A stretch of 64,000 nt of DNA, taken from NCBI GenBank assembly GCA_046724585.1, contig JBKOWV010000059.1, forward strand, positions 16,612-80,611, written 5' to 3'. How positions within the stretch are numbered: the first letter of the stretch is position 1; each line of letters starts with the position of its first letter. Positions 38,431 to 48,365 of this stretch are shown here, one piece after another. The translations under genes were made by a program, and so were the position numbers. The stretch is from Verrucomicrobiota bacterium (GTDB lineage: Bacteria > Verrucomicrobiota > Verrucomicrobiia > Chthoniobacterales > UBA10450). The notes below the pieces were generated by a model that saw only the letters and a list, made by a program, of their open reading frames with translations, did no database searches and was not told where the DNA came from.

Positions 38431-39182
38431 GTTCGTCCGTCGATCTTAACGCCGATCTTGGCGAAGGCGCCGGCCATGACGCTGAGCTATTCGAACTCAT
38501 TAGCTCTGCGAACATTGCAACTGGGTTTCACGCCGGCGATTCCGATACGATGCACGCTGCAGTTTGTGCGGCTAAGAAGCACAGCGTCGCTGTTGGAGCC
38601 CATCCAAGTTTTTTCGATCGTGAAAATTTCGGCCGAAAGGAATTGAAAATGACTGCCGACGAAGTTTTTGATGCGGTAGCTTTTCAACTCGGCGTTTTTC
38701 AGGCAATCGCCGAAGCGGCCGGTCTGCGACCAAACCACGTTAAGCCGCATGGCGCGCTCTACAACATGGCTGTGCGCGACGAGAGACTGGCCGATGCGAT
38801 CGCGCGCGCCATCGAATCGGTCGATCCCAAGCTAATTCTGTTTGCGCCTGACAAGAGCGAGCTCGCCCGCGCCGGTCAGGCGCATGGTTTGCAAATCGCA
38901 CGCGAAATTTTCGCGGATCGTAATTACTTGAATGACGGATGGCTGGTTCCACGCACACGACCCGATGCATTGCTCGGCGATCCAAAAGAAGCTGCTGCCC
39001 GCGTTCTGCGGATGTTGCGCGAAGGCAAAGTGCGCTCTGTCGAAGGCCACGATGTGGATGTGCGCGGCGAAACGATTTGCGTTCACAGCGACACACCCGG
39101 TGCAGTCGAGTTCGGGCGTGAATTGCGATCACAGCTCGAATCTCAAGGCGTGAGAATCAGCGCGCCAAAGAGTTCACGATAA
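38427..39182 (+). CDS. pxpA: 5-oxoprolinase subunit A (LamB/YcsF family)
   Basis: VDLNADLGEG ... SSANIATGFHAGD ... VKPHGALYN. Confidence 0.9.
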   Translation: MSSSVDLNADLGEGAGHDAELFELISSANIATGFHAGDSDTMHAAVCAAKKHSVAVGAHPSFFDRENFGRKELKMTADEVFDAVAFQLGVFQAIAEAAGLRPNHVKPHGALYNMAVRDERLADAIARAIESVDPKLILFAPDKSELARAGQAHGLQIAREIFADRNYLNDGWLVPRTRPDALLGDPKEAAARVLRMLREGKVRSVEGHDVDVRGETICVHSDTPGAVEFGRELRSQLESQGVRISAPKSSR

Positions 39183-39201
39183 GAATCCGCAAACGCAGTC
39201 T

Positions 39202-39290
39202 TGTCATTCTGAGCGAAGTGAAGAATCTCAATCATTTCACAAGCAACCGACCCTAATAGCCAGAGATGTTTCGCTTCACTCAACATGACA
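39202..39290. repeat. MITE-like palindromic element, family A copy 3
   Basis: TGTCATTCTGAGCGAAGTGAAGAATCTC ... GAGATGTTTCGCTTCACTCAACATGACA. Confidence 0.85.
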
Positions 39291-39360
39291 GGATCGGAAG
39301 TGCCTCTCTCAGCGCTCGTTTTCTCGCTTTTGCGCAACCCGCTCTAGCTTTGAGGACCGC

Positions 39361-40869
39361 ATGACCGACAAAATCGACAATCAGCGCGAGAAGACCGGCT
39401 TGGTTCGCGCGCTTGGCCCGCTCGACGCGACCATGATCGTGATGGGCTCGATGATCGGCTCGGGCATTTTCATCACTTCGGCCGAATCAGCCCGGTTAAC
39501 TGGCGCTCCCGGCTGGCTGCTGCTCGCATGGGCAGTGGCCGGATTGATGACGATTACCGGCGCGCTGTGTTGCTCCGAGCTTGCGACAATGATGCCGCGC
39601 GCGGGTGGCGTTTATGTTTTTCTCCGGGAAGCCTATGGGCCGTCAATTGGTTTTTTGTTTGGCTGGACTCTGTTTCTCGTGATTCAAACGGGAACGATCG
39701 CCGCAGTGGCAATCGCCTTCGCGAAATTTCTCGGTGTCTTCGTTCCGGCAGTTGGACCGGAGAATTACCTGGTGAAACCAATTCCGTTAGGCGATCACTA
39801 CGCGATCAGTTTATCGACCGAGCAACTGATCGCGATCGCTTTGATCGCATTGCTGACCTGGACCAACACGCGCGGCCTCGAGATCGGCAAGCTCGTGCAG
39901 AATACATTCACATTCGCGAAGACGGCGGCGCTCGCGGGAGTCATAGTGATCGGTTTGTCACTGGGCTGGAGCGCAAACAGCGCCGCCCGTTCATCTGCGT
40001 GGTGGGATTCGTGGGCGAACGGGTGGAGTCCCCAAACCGCGCAGCCCGGTTTTGGCATCGTTGGCGGGCTGGCGCTCGCCTTTCTTTTTGGCAAGGCGAT
40101 GGTCGGCCCGCTTTTTGCTCAAACGGCCTGGACCAACGTCACCTTCATTGGCAGCGAAGTGCGCGATCCCGGAAAAAACCTGCCGCGCGCCCTGCTCGCC
40201 GGCTGCGGGATCGTCGTGGTTTTGTATCTGCTCGCTAATCTTGCTTACATCGCTGTTTTGCCGTTTTCGGGAATCGAGCACGCGCCGCAAAATCGGGTCG
40301 CCGTGGCGGCCATCAATGCCCTCTTCGGCCATCCCGGCGCGATGTGCATGGCGGCTGCGATCATGATTTCAACGTTCGGCTGTAACAATGGTCTCATCCT
40401 TGCGGGCGCGCGGGTCTATTACGCGATGGCGCGTGATCATTTATTTTTCCGCCGCGTCGGAACGACGAATGCGCAGCACGTGCCTGCCGCGGCGCTCGTT
40501 GCGCAGGGAATCTGGACTGCGTTCCTAACTCTCCCACGCACCGCGACGGCGAATGCCGTCACAGGCGAGGTGACCCATGGAAATGTTTACACGCAGTTGC
40601 TCGAGTACATCGTTTCCGCCGATCTGGTCTTCTATTTGTTGTTGGTCGCGGCGGTCATTCTTCTCCGGAAAAAATCTCCGGCTGCCGACCGACCATATCG
40701 CACGTGGGGTTATCCGTTTGTGCCGATTATTTCGATTGTGCTTGCCGGATTGCTGATTGTCGATCTCGCTTGGCTCGCGCCGGCTACTTCTGGAATCGGA
40801 ATCTTGATCGTCCTAACCGGTGTGCCGGTTTACTTTTTGTGGCGAAAACGCTTGCCGGTCGAAACCTGA
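39361..40869 (+). CDS. APC-family amino acid permease
   Basis: 502 aa with about 12 TM segments. N-terminal GSMIGSGIF motif. Confidence 0.88.
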   Translation: MTDKIDNQREKTGLVRALGPLDATMIVMGSMIGSGIFITSAESARLTGAPGWLLLAWAVAGLMTITGALCCSELATMMPRAGGVYVFLREAYGPSIGFLFGWTLFLVIQTGTIAAVAIAFAKFLGVFVPAVGPENYLVKPIPLGDHYAISLSTEQLIAIALIALLTWTNTRGLEIGKLVQNTFTFAKTAALAGVIVIGLSLGWSANSAARSSAWWDSWANGWSPQTAQPGFGIVGGLALAFLFGKAMVGPLFAQTAWTNVTFIGSEVRDPGKNLPRALLAGCGIVVVLYLLANLAYIAVLPFSGIEHAPQNRVAVAAINALFGHPGAMCMAAAIMISTFGCNNGLILAGARVYYAMARDHLFFRRVGTTNAQHVPAAALVAQGIWTAFLTLPRTATANAVTGEVTHGNVYTQLLEYIVSADLVFYLLLVAAVILLRKKSPAADRPYRTWGYPFVPIISIVLAGLLIVDLAWLAPATSGIGILIVLTGVPVYFLWRKRLPVET

Positions 40870-40897
40870 TTTGCCAAAGGAATCGTCGGTGCAGTTT

Positions 40898-41407
40898 ATG
40901 CGCTCAAGGTTCACCATCGGCGTAATTGCGGGATTTAGCTGGTTCACGCTCGTGTTCGAAGCGGCAGGCGCTGAATCTCCAGGGCCCGATTTTTCAACCT
41001 TATCGCGTGATTCTACAACCTCTTCTTCCTCTCATGGAGTAATCCTGCGTCTCCGCGACGGATCGAGCGTGCGTGTCGGAGGAAAGCTGGCGGCGTTGAT
41101 AGCGGAAGGATACGCTGCGTTGCGCCGTAATCAGTACGATAGGGCGATTTCATCCTTTACCTCTGCTCTGCAGACGAATCCTGACAAAAGTATCGCTTCC
41201 GTCCTTTATGATTATCGTATATCGGCTTACTTCGCGAACGGGCAGGTAGATAAAGCCTTAATTGATTGTAATGCGGCTATTGGCCTGAACGCGAAAGACG
41301 CGGCCGCCTATTACAACCGTGCCATCATTTACGGCAGCAAGCGCAATTACAAACTGGCAATTCGACAAGAAAACGCGCGAACATCTTGCGCTTTACCGGG
41401 ACAATAA
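40898..41407 (+). CDS. secreted TPR-repeat protein
   Basis: Signal peptide MRSRFTIGVIAGFSWFTLVFEAAGA followed by TPR-like units (AISSFTSALQTNPD, ALIDCNAAIGLNAKD). The last unit ends abruptly. Confidence 0.65.
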   Translation: MRSRFTIGVIAGFSWFTLVFEAAGAESPGPDFSTLSRDSTTSSSSHGVILRLRDGSSVRVGGKLAALIAEGYAALRRNQYDRAISSFTSALQTNPDKSIASVLYDYRISAYFANGQVDKALIDCNAAIGLNAKDAAAYYNRAIIYGSKRNYKLAIRQENARTSCALPGQ

Positions 41408-41487
41408 GCCCTGGCGCAGCAAACCACTGGTTGCGCGTCGAATAAGAGTGGAGTCTCCCACCGCTGCGGGATCACTGCATACAGTAA

Positions 41488-41518
41488 GAGAGATTCCTCG
41501 ACGCCGCTCGGAATGACA
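41488..41518. repeat. solo half of a family A element
   Basis: GAGAGATTCCTCGACGCCGCTCGGAATGACA matches the right arm of the copy at 33575-33654. No left arm is seen. Confidence 0.6.
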
Positions 41519-41535
41519 GGTAGCAGAGCCCCGCG

Positions 41536-42510
41536 CTAACGACTCAACTCAAGCATTCGCAGAATCGGGACCTCCGCGCGTTTGCGCACGGACTCGGGCA
41601 AAGTGATCTCCGGCTCCATGTTCAGGAGCGCGTTGTACGCTTTCTCGAGAGTGTTCATCTTCATGAACCGGCACTCGCCGCAGAAACAATTGTCTGTCGG
41701 CCCGGGAATGAATGTCTTGCCGGGAATTTCTTTCTTCAATCGATGCAGTATTCCCGCTTCGGTCACCACGATGATTTCTTGTGCGGGCGATTGTTTGCAG
41801 AATGCGATCATTTTTTCGGTCGAACAAACTTCGTCGGCCAGCATGCGTACGGCATAGGTGCATTCCGGATGCGCGACGACTGGCGCGTCGGGGTATTCCT
41901 CGCGGATCTTGGCAATGCTGCGCGCGGTAAACTCGACGTGGACGTAACAAGTGCCCTGCCACAGATCCATTTTGCGCCCGGTCCTTTCCATCACCCACGC
42001 GCCGAGATTTTGATCTGGAACAAAGAGAATGTTTCGATCAGCGGGCGCGGCGCGCACGATCTTGTCGGCATTGCCGCTCGTGCAAATCACGTCAGCCTGC
42101 GCTTTCACCCCAGCGCTGCAATTGATGTAGGCGATGACGTAATAATTTTTGTCGGCATGTTCTTTTAGAAACTGTGCCAGCTTTTCCGGCGGACACGATT
42201 CGGAGAGCGAACAGCCGGCATCGAGATCGGGCAAGATCACTCGCTTCGTCGGATTAATAATCTTTGCCGTCTCGGCCATGAAATGGACGCCACAAAACAA
42301 GATCACATCCGCGTCCGTCTTTGCTGCTTGATAACTCAAGCCCAGCGAGTCGCCGACGAAGTCCGCCGCATCCTGTAGCTCTGGCACCTGATAGTTGTGT
42401 GCGAGAATGACGGCATTCCGCTCGCGCTTGAGCTCTTGCAGTTCTTCCGCGAAATCAATGCCCGTCCGCCGAACACTTTCGGGGGCGAAATTTATGCCGG
42501 CACTTACCAT
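41536..42510 (-). CDS. nadA: quinolinate synthase
   Basis: ILAHNYQVPELQD ... VHFMAETAKI ... CSLSESC ... VVAHPEC ... CGECRFMK. Confidence 0.93.
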   Translation of the reverse strand: MVSAGINFAPESVRRTGIDFAEELQELKRERNAVILAHNYQVPELQDAADFVGDSLGLSYQAAKTDADVILFCGVHFMAETAKIINPTKRVILPDLDAGCSLSESCPPEKLAQFLKEHADKNYYVIAYINCSAGVKAQADVICTSGNADKIVRAAPADRNILFVPDQNLGAWVMERTGRKMDLWQGTCYVHVEFTARSIAKIREEYPDAPVVAHPECTYAVRMLADEVCSTEKMIAFCKQSPAQEIIVVTEAGILHRLKKEIPGKTFIPGPTDNCFCGECRFMKMNTLEKAYNALLNMEPEITLPESVRKRAEVPILRMLELSR

Positions 42511-42549
42511 CGGCTAATATGGCGGTTTCCGGGCAATTTACAAACGAGG

Positions 42550-42623
42550 TGTAGTCACGGCGCTGTGTCGCCGTGCTTTCTCGCAACGATGAGGAGCGCC
42601 TCGACAGAGCGAGGCGGCTACAA
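42550..42623. repeat. TGTAG...CTACA palindromic repeat, family C copy 2
   Basis: TGTAGTCACGGCGctgtgtCGCCGTG ... GAGGCGGCTACAA. The aroE stop codon is the CTA of the right terminus. Confidence 0.8.
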
Positions 42624-43553
42624 CGCCAGCGCTTTGCGCATCTCGGCTATTGGCGCTTCGCGGTCGAACCAGATGGCAAACGAAAGCGCCCCTTGATGCA
42701 ACAACATCGACAGTCCATTCGTGCCACGCGCGCCCGCCTCATCGGCTGCGCGTAGCAAAGACGTTTTCGATGGCGCATACACGCAATCGAAAACCATGTG
42801 ATGCGGTGCGAGCAACCGCGCCGGGATGGGGCTCGGATCGTTCGGGTTCATTCCCAACGGCGTGGCATTGACGATAAGATCGATGTCTGCCAGTTGGATG
42901 CGCAATGCCGATTCCTCCCACGCTACCGCTTCGAGGCGAGCCGCGGGACCGAGCACGCGCGGTCCGGCAAAGTACGGCCGCAGCCGTTCCCCAAGGGCCT
43001 GCGCTTTTTCGAAGGTGCGATTGACCAGGACGAGGCGTTCGCAATTCTCGAGCGCGCATTGCCAGGCAATTGCATGGCCCGTCCCGCCTCCGGAGCCGAT
43101 AAGCATCACCCGCAAATCGCGCACATCGACCGAGAATTCACTGCGGATGGCTCGCAAGAATCCCTCGCCATCAGTATTTGATCCAATCAGCTTTTTGTCC
43201 CGAACACGGATCGTGTTTACAGCGCCTGGGCGACTCGCAGATTCATCCGCCTCATCGATCTGCGTCAGTGCCGCGATCTTGTGCGGCAGCGTCAAATTGA
43301 TTCCGATAAAATCGAGGTCGCGCAGAAAACGCAGGGCAGATCTCAGTTCGTTCGCCCGAATATGAAAGCGCGCATACTGCATATCGATCTTGCAGGCGCG
43401 CAGGGCTGAATTTTGCATTTTGGGCGACAGCGAATGCGCGACCGGATTGCCAAAAACACCAAGCCGGATTGACGGCGCGACATCGCCTGCCGCTCGGCGC
43501 CAATTTTCCAAATCGGCGAGCGTGTAACGGTCAGTGGTTTGCTTCTCTTTCAT
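42618..43553 (-). CDS. aroE: shikimate dehydrogenase
   Basis: GVFGNPVAHSLSPKMQNSAL, INLTLPHK, GSGGGTGHA. The ATG at 43553 (MKEKQ...) is preferred over the ORF-track start at 43646. Confidence 0.88.
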   Translation of the reverse strand: MKEKQTTDRYTLADLENWRRAAGDVAPSIRLGVFGNPVAHSLSPKMQNSALRACKIDMQYARFHIRANELRSALRFLRDLDFIGINLTLPHKIAALTQIDEADESASRPGAVNTIRVRDKKLIGSNTDGEGFLRAIRSEFSVDVRDLRVMLIGSGGGTGHAIAWQCALENCERLVLVNRTFEKAQALGERLRPYFAGPRVLGPAARLEAVAWEESALRIQLADIDLIVNATPLGMNPNDPSPIPARLLAPHHMVFDCVYAPSKTSLLRAADEAGARGTNGLSMLLHQGALSFAIWFDREAPIAEMRKALAL

Positions 43554-43747
43554 TACTGCCGCGATATTACGATTGTGTGTGTTCGTCTGCCAATATTCGC
43601 AAGTTGGCGTGGCAGAGACATCCTGTCTATGGGGGTCGGCGGGCATCTTGCCTGCCGGATCGACACTGCAGGCGCGACGCCCGCGTGCCCCACAGGCAAG
43701 ATGCCTGTGCTACGGTGGCATTTGTCTGCTAAGATCGCGCGATTACG

Positions 43748-45430
43748 ATGACGGCTTCGATTGAGACTCCTACTCCTTCGGATTTTATTCGCGACATTGT
43801 CGCGGAGGATGTTCGGACTGGGAAATACGAACGGATTACGACTCGTTTTCCACCTGAACCGAACGGTTATCTCCATATCGGCCACGCGAAATCGATTTGC
43901 CTCAATTTCGGCATCGCACGCGAGTTCGGCGGTATTTGCAATGTGCGGATGGACGATACGAACCCCACGAAAGAAGAAACCGAGTACGTCAATTCCATAA
44001 TGGCAGACGTGCGGTGGCTGATCAGCGGTTGGGCGGAGAAAAATATGGGCGCGCCGCTCTACGCCTCGGATTATTTCGACAAGTTCTACGAGTACGCTGT
44101 CGATCTCGTCGGTAAGGGCAAGGCGTATGTGGACGACATGTCGCGCGAGCAAACAGACGAATATCGGCGGATTGGAAAAGAGAGCCCGTTTCGCAACCGA
44201 CCGGTCGAGGAGAATCTCGATTTGCTTGGCCGAATGAAGGCAGGCGAATTTGCGGATAATACTCACACCCTGCGGGCGAAGGTCGACATGAGCGCGCCCA
44301 ATGTCTGGCTCCGCGATCCGGTGCTCTATCGCGTCCGGCACGCGTCACATCACCGGACGGGCGACAAATGGTGCATTTACCCAATGTACGACTGGGCCCA
44401 CACCCTCAGCGATTACATCGAGGGCATCAGCCACTCCGTGTGCACGCTTGAGTTCGAAGTGCACCGGCCGCTTTACGATTGGATCCTGGACGCCCTCGAA
44501 CTGGCTGAGCCGCGTCCGCATCAATACGAATTTGCGCGGCTCAATCTCACCTACTCAGTCGTGAGTAAACGCAAGCTTATCCAACTGGTGAACGACAAGC
44601 TCGTCAACGGCTGGGATGACCCGCGCATGCTCACGATTTCCGGGTTACGCCGGCGCGGCGTGACCGCGAGCGCGTTGCGCGCGTTCGCCTACAACATCGG
44701 CATCACCAAATATCCGAGTATGACCGATATGGCCTTGCTTGAGCACACGGTGCGCAATGAATTCAATCGCATCGCGACCCGCCGGCTTGCGGTGCTCCGG
44801 CCAATCAAAGTTGTGCTCACCAATTATCCCGAAGATCGGATCGAAGAGTTGGATGCGGTCAATAATCCTGAAGATGCAAATGCCGGGACGCGCAAAGTTC
44901 CGTTCAGCCGCGAGCTTTTCATCGAACGCGACGATTTCATGGAAAATCCGCCACCGAAATATTTTCGGCTCCGGCCCGGCGGCGAAGTGCGGCTCAAATT
45001 CGCTTACATCATCAAGTGCGATGAAGTGATCAAAGACGACGCCGGCAACGTGACTGAGCTTCGTTGCAGTGTCGATCTTGAGAGCAAGTCGGGCGGCGCG
45101 ACTTCCAATCGCAAAGTCAAAGGCACGATTCACTGGGTGAGCGCGGCAAGCGCAATCGAGGCGGAAGTCCGGTCGTATGATCGGCTGTTCACCGTTCCCG
45201 AGCCCGATGCGGCCGGCGATTTCAAATCGTTTGTCAATCCGCACTCGCTCGAAGTAGTAACGGCGAAATGCGAGCCGGCGCTTGCCAGTGCGCGACCGGA
45301 AGAACGCTATCAGTTCGAGCGTCTCGGTTATTTCGCGCTCGATTCGGATTCCACGCCTGAGAAGCAAGTGTGGAACCGGACGATCACGTTAAAGGATACG
45401 TGGGCGAAAGATGCCAAGAAACCCAAATAA
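43748..45430 (+). CDS. glnS: glutamine--tRNA ligase
   Basis: RFPPEPNGYLHIGHAKS (HIGH) and LTYSVVSKRKL (KMSKS-type), with a GlnRS-like C-terminal anticodon-binding region. Confidence 0.92.
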   Translation: MTASIETPTPSDFIRDIVAEDVRTGKYERITTRFPPEPNGYLHIGHAKSICLNFGIAREFGGICNVRMDDTNPTKEETEYVNSIMADVRWLISGWAEKNMGAPLYASDYFDKFYEYAVDLVGKGKAYVDDMSREQTDEYRRIGKESPFRNRPVEENLDLLGRMKAGEFADNTHTLRAKVDMSAPNVWLRDPVLYRVRHASHHRTGDKWCIYPMYDWAHTLSDYIEGISHSVCTLEFEVHRPLYDWILDALELAEPRPHQYEFARLNLTYSVVSKRKLIQLVNDKLVNGWDDPRMLTISGLRRRGVTASALRAFAYNIGITKYPSMTDMALLEHTVRNEFNRIATRRLAVLRPIKVVLTNYPEDRIEELDAVNNPEDANAGTRKVPFSRELFIERDDFMENPPPKYFRLRPGGEVRLKFAYIIKCDEVIKDDAGNVTELRCSVDLESKSGGATSNRKVKGTIHWVSAASAIEAEVRSYDRLFTVPEPDAAGDFKSFVNPHSLEVVTAKCEPALASARPEERYQFERLGYFALDSDSTPEKQVWNRTITLKDTWAKDAKKPK

Positions 45431-45434
45431 GCCC

Positions 45435-45514
45435 GGCAGGCGAAGCGCTTGCCCTACAACGGATTACGACAGCACGGTTAATTCATCCGGTGTAGGGCGA
45501 GCGCTTCGCTTGCC
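45435..45514. repeat. long palindrome built from outward-facing CTACAA / TGTAG arms
   Basis: GGCAGGCGAAGCGCTTGCCCTACAA - 31 nt - TGTAGGGCGAGCGCTTCGCTTGCC between convergent glnS and gltX. Stem of about 24 bp. Confidence 0.7.
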
Positions 45515-45519
45515 GAGCT

Positions 45520-46845
45520 TCAAAACATCGAAAGCGCGCGATCGATGCGGGCGCGCACTCTCTCTTTCCCGAGAACTTCGAGGAGATGATATAAACTCGG
45601 GCCGGCCTTGCTCCCGGTGACGGCGAGCCGCGTCGGATGCACAAGCATCCCGACTTTGACGCCGACGTTAGCGGCCGTGGCTTTGAACGTTGCCTCGATT
45701 TGGGTGGCGTCGAATTCATTCAGGGCACTCAACGCGTCGCGAACAGCGTTCAGACGCGGTTTGTTCTCTGCGGTGAAATGTTTCGCGACGCCTTCCGGGT
45801 TGTAATCGAAATCGTCTGCAAAATAGAACCCACAATATACCGGCAGCTCGTCGAAGGTGTTAATCTTCCCTTTGCACGTTTGCAGCGCCGCGCGGATGTA
45901 TTGCTCCGGATAATTATCGAGCCTCACGCCACTTGACCGCAGCCTCGCTACGGCAAAATCGTAAAACTCGGCCTCGCTTAGCTCGCGCGCATACTCACCG
46001 TTCAACCAATGCAATTTATCGGGATCAAACGTGGCATGGCTGTGCCCGACGTTGCTTAGATCGAAAAGGCGAATGATCTCGTCGAGCTCGATCTTCTCCC
46101 GGTTATCTTTTGGCGACCAGCCGAGCAAACAGAGATAATTACGAACGGCCGCCGGCAGATAGCCTCGCTTAATGTAATACTCCACGCGCGCCCCTTCGTC
46201 GCGTTTACTCATCTTCGAGCCGTCCTTGTTCAGGATCAGCGGAATGTGCGCGTAATGCGGAGGCGTCGCACCGAGCGCTCGAAAAATCTCGATATGCTTC
46301 GGCGTGTTCGAGAGATGATCTTCGCCGCGAATAACGTGCGAGATTTTCATCTCGAGGTCGTCGATCACGTTGACGAAGTGAAAAATCCATGAGCCATCAG
46401 GTCGTCGGACGGTCATGTCGGGATGCGTTCCGGGATTGCTGAGATCGAAATCGATCTTGCCGCAGACGAGATCGTCGACGACGACATGCTCGCGCGGCGA
46501 ACGAAATCGCAAAGCACCCTGATCTTCGAAGATATGACCAGCGTCTTGAAGTTTCTTGAGATAGCGCTCGTAAAGTTCTGTGCGTTCGCTTTGCAAGTAC
46601 GGTCCGAAATTTCCGCCCACATGTGGGCCTTCATCCCAATTAAGGCCGAGCCATTCCAATCCCTCGTAAATCGCCGCCACGGCTTCCTCGACGTTGCGCC
46701 TTACGTCAGTGTTTTCGATTCGCAGAACGAATTTTCCCCCGTGATGCCGCGCAAAGAGCCAGTTGAAAAGAGCCGTGCGCGCACCGCCGATGTGGAGATA
46801 GCCAGTAGGCGAGGGGGCGAAACGGACGCGGATCTCGGAAGTCAT
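45520..46845 (-). CDS. gltX: glutamate--tRNA ligase
   Basis: RFAPSPTGYLHIGGARTALFNW and KMSKR motifs. Confidence 0.93.
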   Translation of the reverse strand: MTSEIRVRFAPSPTGYLHIGGARTALFNWLFARHHGGKFVLRIENTDVRRNVEEAVAAIYEGLEWLGLNWDEGPHVGGNFGPYLQSERTELYERYLKKLQDAGHIFEDQGALRFRSPREHVVVDDLVCGKIDFDLSNPGTHPDMTVRRPDGSWIFHFVNVIDDLEMKISHVIRGEDHLSNTPKHIEIFRALGATPPHYAHIPLILNKDGSKMSKRDEGARVEYYIKRGYLPAAVRNYLCLLGWSPKDNREKIELDEIIRLFDLSNVGHSHATFDPDKLHWLNGEYARELSEAEFYDFAVARLRSSGVRLDNYPEQYIRAALQTCKGKINTFDELPVYCGFYFADDFDYNPEGVAKHFTAENKPRLNAVRDALSALNEFDATQIEATFKATAANVGVKVGMLVHPTRLAVTGSKAGPSLYHLLEVLGKERVRARIDRALSMF

Positions 46846-46891
46846 TTGAAAATCGATTCAGCCACAGATTACACAGATTTTCACGGATTGC

Positions 46892-46974
46892 TGTAGACGC
46901 TTCCCTCTGGGGAAGCGCGGCGCTGACGTGCTTAACACGCGCACGTCGCGTCGCCCAGACGGCGGCGACTACAA
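46892..46974. repeat. TGTAG...CTACA palindromic repeat, family C-like copy 4
   Basis: TGTAGACGCTTCCCtctgGGGAAGCG ... GACGGCGGCGACTACAA. The tilS stop is the CTA of the right terminus. It is preceded by a GATTACACAGATT unit related to 6660-6685. Confidence 0.7.
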
Positions 46975-47925
46975 GTCGAGAAATAGTCTCCCGGCGCGGC
47001 GACGCACATGTCGGTCTTGCGGAAGATTTACCTTCGCGACGCGCGCAGCTGGATCGAGTAAGGAGCGGACGCGCTCGATCACTTCGAATCCGATTTCGGC
47101 AATATTTTGCGCGCGCAGCCATTTCAAAATCGTTCGGCGCTGGAGCGCGAGAGGCAGAACGCGCAACTCTTTCACGCTAAGATGGTCCTCATGATGAGGA
47201 GAAACCCGTACTTGATTGTCGATCCAGTTCTCTTCCTCGGCGGCAATCATTGCTGTTCGCCAGATATTCTGGCGGATATTGCGGCCGAGCGTTTTCTCCA
47301 AATACGGAATTACGCGGCGGCGAATTCTGTTGCGCAGCGGCAGAAGATTCTTGTTGGACGCGTCTTCGCGGAATTTAAGCCGGTGTTCGCGCACATAGCC
47401 GTCGATCTCATCACGCCATACCGAAAGTAGTGGACGCACAATAGTAAGATCGACATCGTCGATGCGGCGCGTGGACACGTCGCGCATCGCGGCAAGGCCG
47501 GTCAGGCCTGCGCCGCGGACTAGATTGATCAGAAAAGTCTCAACGAGGTCGTCGGCATGATGTGCGAGGAAGATTGTATGGCAGCGGCGCCGTTTGGCCA
47601 CTTGGGCGAAGAAGGAGTAACGCGCTTCACGGGCGGCGGCTTCGATCGACATCTTGTTTTTCTTCGCCAGAGCGCGCACGTTCGCCGAGCCCGGCTCAAA
47701 ATCGGCATGGTACTTCCTGGCGAGTTTTTCGACGAAGCGCGCATCAGCATCGCTCGCGGCACGCAATTGATGGTTCAAATGACAGACGATGAGTTTTTTA
47801 TAGCCACGATTGACCAGTTGATGCAGCAACGTGACGGAATCGCGTCCGCCGGAAACGCCAATGAGATGGCGCGCCTCCGGCGAGAACCGGCGAAACAAAA
47901 TTGTCCTGGTTTGAATCCAATCCAT
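46969..47925 (-). CDS. tilS: tRNA(Ile)-lysidine synthetase
   Basis: PP-loop GVSGGRDS, then LAHHADD. ATG 47925 preferred over TTG 47949. Confidence 0.88.
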   Translation of the reverse strand: MDWIQTRTILFRRFSPEARHLIGVSGGRDSVTLLHQLVNRGYKKLIVCHLNHQLRAASDADARFVEKLARKYHADFEPGSANVRALAKKNKMSIEAAAREARYSFFAQVAKRRRCHTIFLAHHADDLVETFLINLVRGAGLTGLAAMRDVSTRRIDDVDLTIVRPLLSVWRDEIDGYVREHRLKFREDASNKNLLPLRNRIRRRVIPYLEKTLGRNIRQNIWRTAMIAAEEENWIDNQVRVSPHHEDHLSVKELRVLPLALQRRTILKWLRAQNIAEIGFEVIERVRSLLDPAARVAKVNLPQDRHVRRRAGRLFLDL

Positions 47926-48034
47926 CCGGTGGCTGCATCCAACGTTCAAAGGTTAACGATGAACGATCACCGGCATTTAGACAAAATGAGAAGCCGGCGA
48001 CGTCTTCATCAAAAAAAGGAGGGTCAGCATACTT

Positions 48035-48268
48035 ATGAACAATGGACATGAATCTACATACACACTCCTCGTTCGGTCGGAACAGAAGGGCCGGGGTATC
48101 ATGGAAACTGTCGCTTACGCGATGTGCATCCTGAGTGCTATTGTTGCAATCTGGCAATTCGTTGCGCAATCGAGTCAGCCTTCTGTCGATAGCGCGACAT
48201 TGCACGCGGATCCCGCGCCCGTCATGTCGCAACACGCCTTGGAAGCGGATTTGGACACGGGGTCTTGA
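48035..48268 (+). CDS. possible small membrane protein
   Basis: 77-aa ORF in the 454-bp tilS/tetR divergent spacer. Strong AGGAGGG lies about 11 nt upstream of the ATG. One hydrophobic helix (AYAMCILSAIVAIWQFV). No homology judgement is possible. Confidence 0.35.
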   Translation: MNNGHESTYTLLVRSEQKGRGIMETVAYAMCILSAIVAIWQFVAQSSQPSVDSATLHADPAPVMSQHALEADLDTGS

Positions 48269-48365
48269 AAAACACGGCAGGTGGGTTTTCTCACCCGAAA
48301 GAGGGAGAGGGAAGCCCCTCCAAGGTGGTATTATAAAATCCCCCAGATACGCAAGACCAGGCGAT

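Noticed and set aside
41290-41407. Apparent truncation or frameshift of the last TPR unit of the 40898..41407 protein, next to a solo half MITE.
   Set aside because: None of the three frames downstream continues a TPR consensus, so I cannot demonstrate a frameshift. It may simply be the natural C-terminus.
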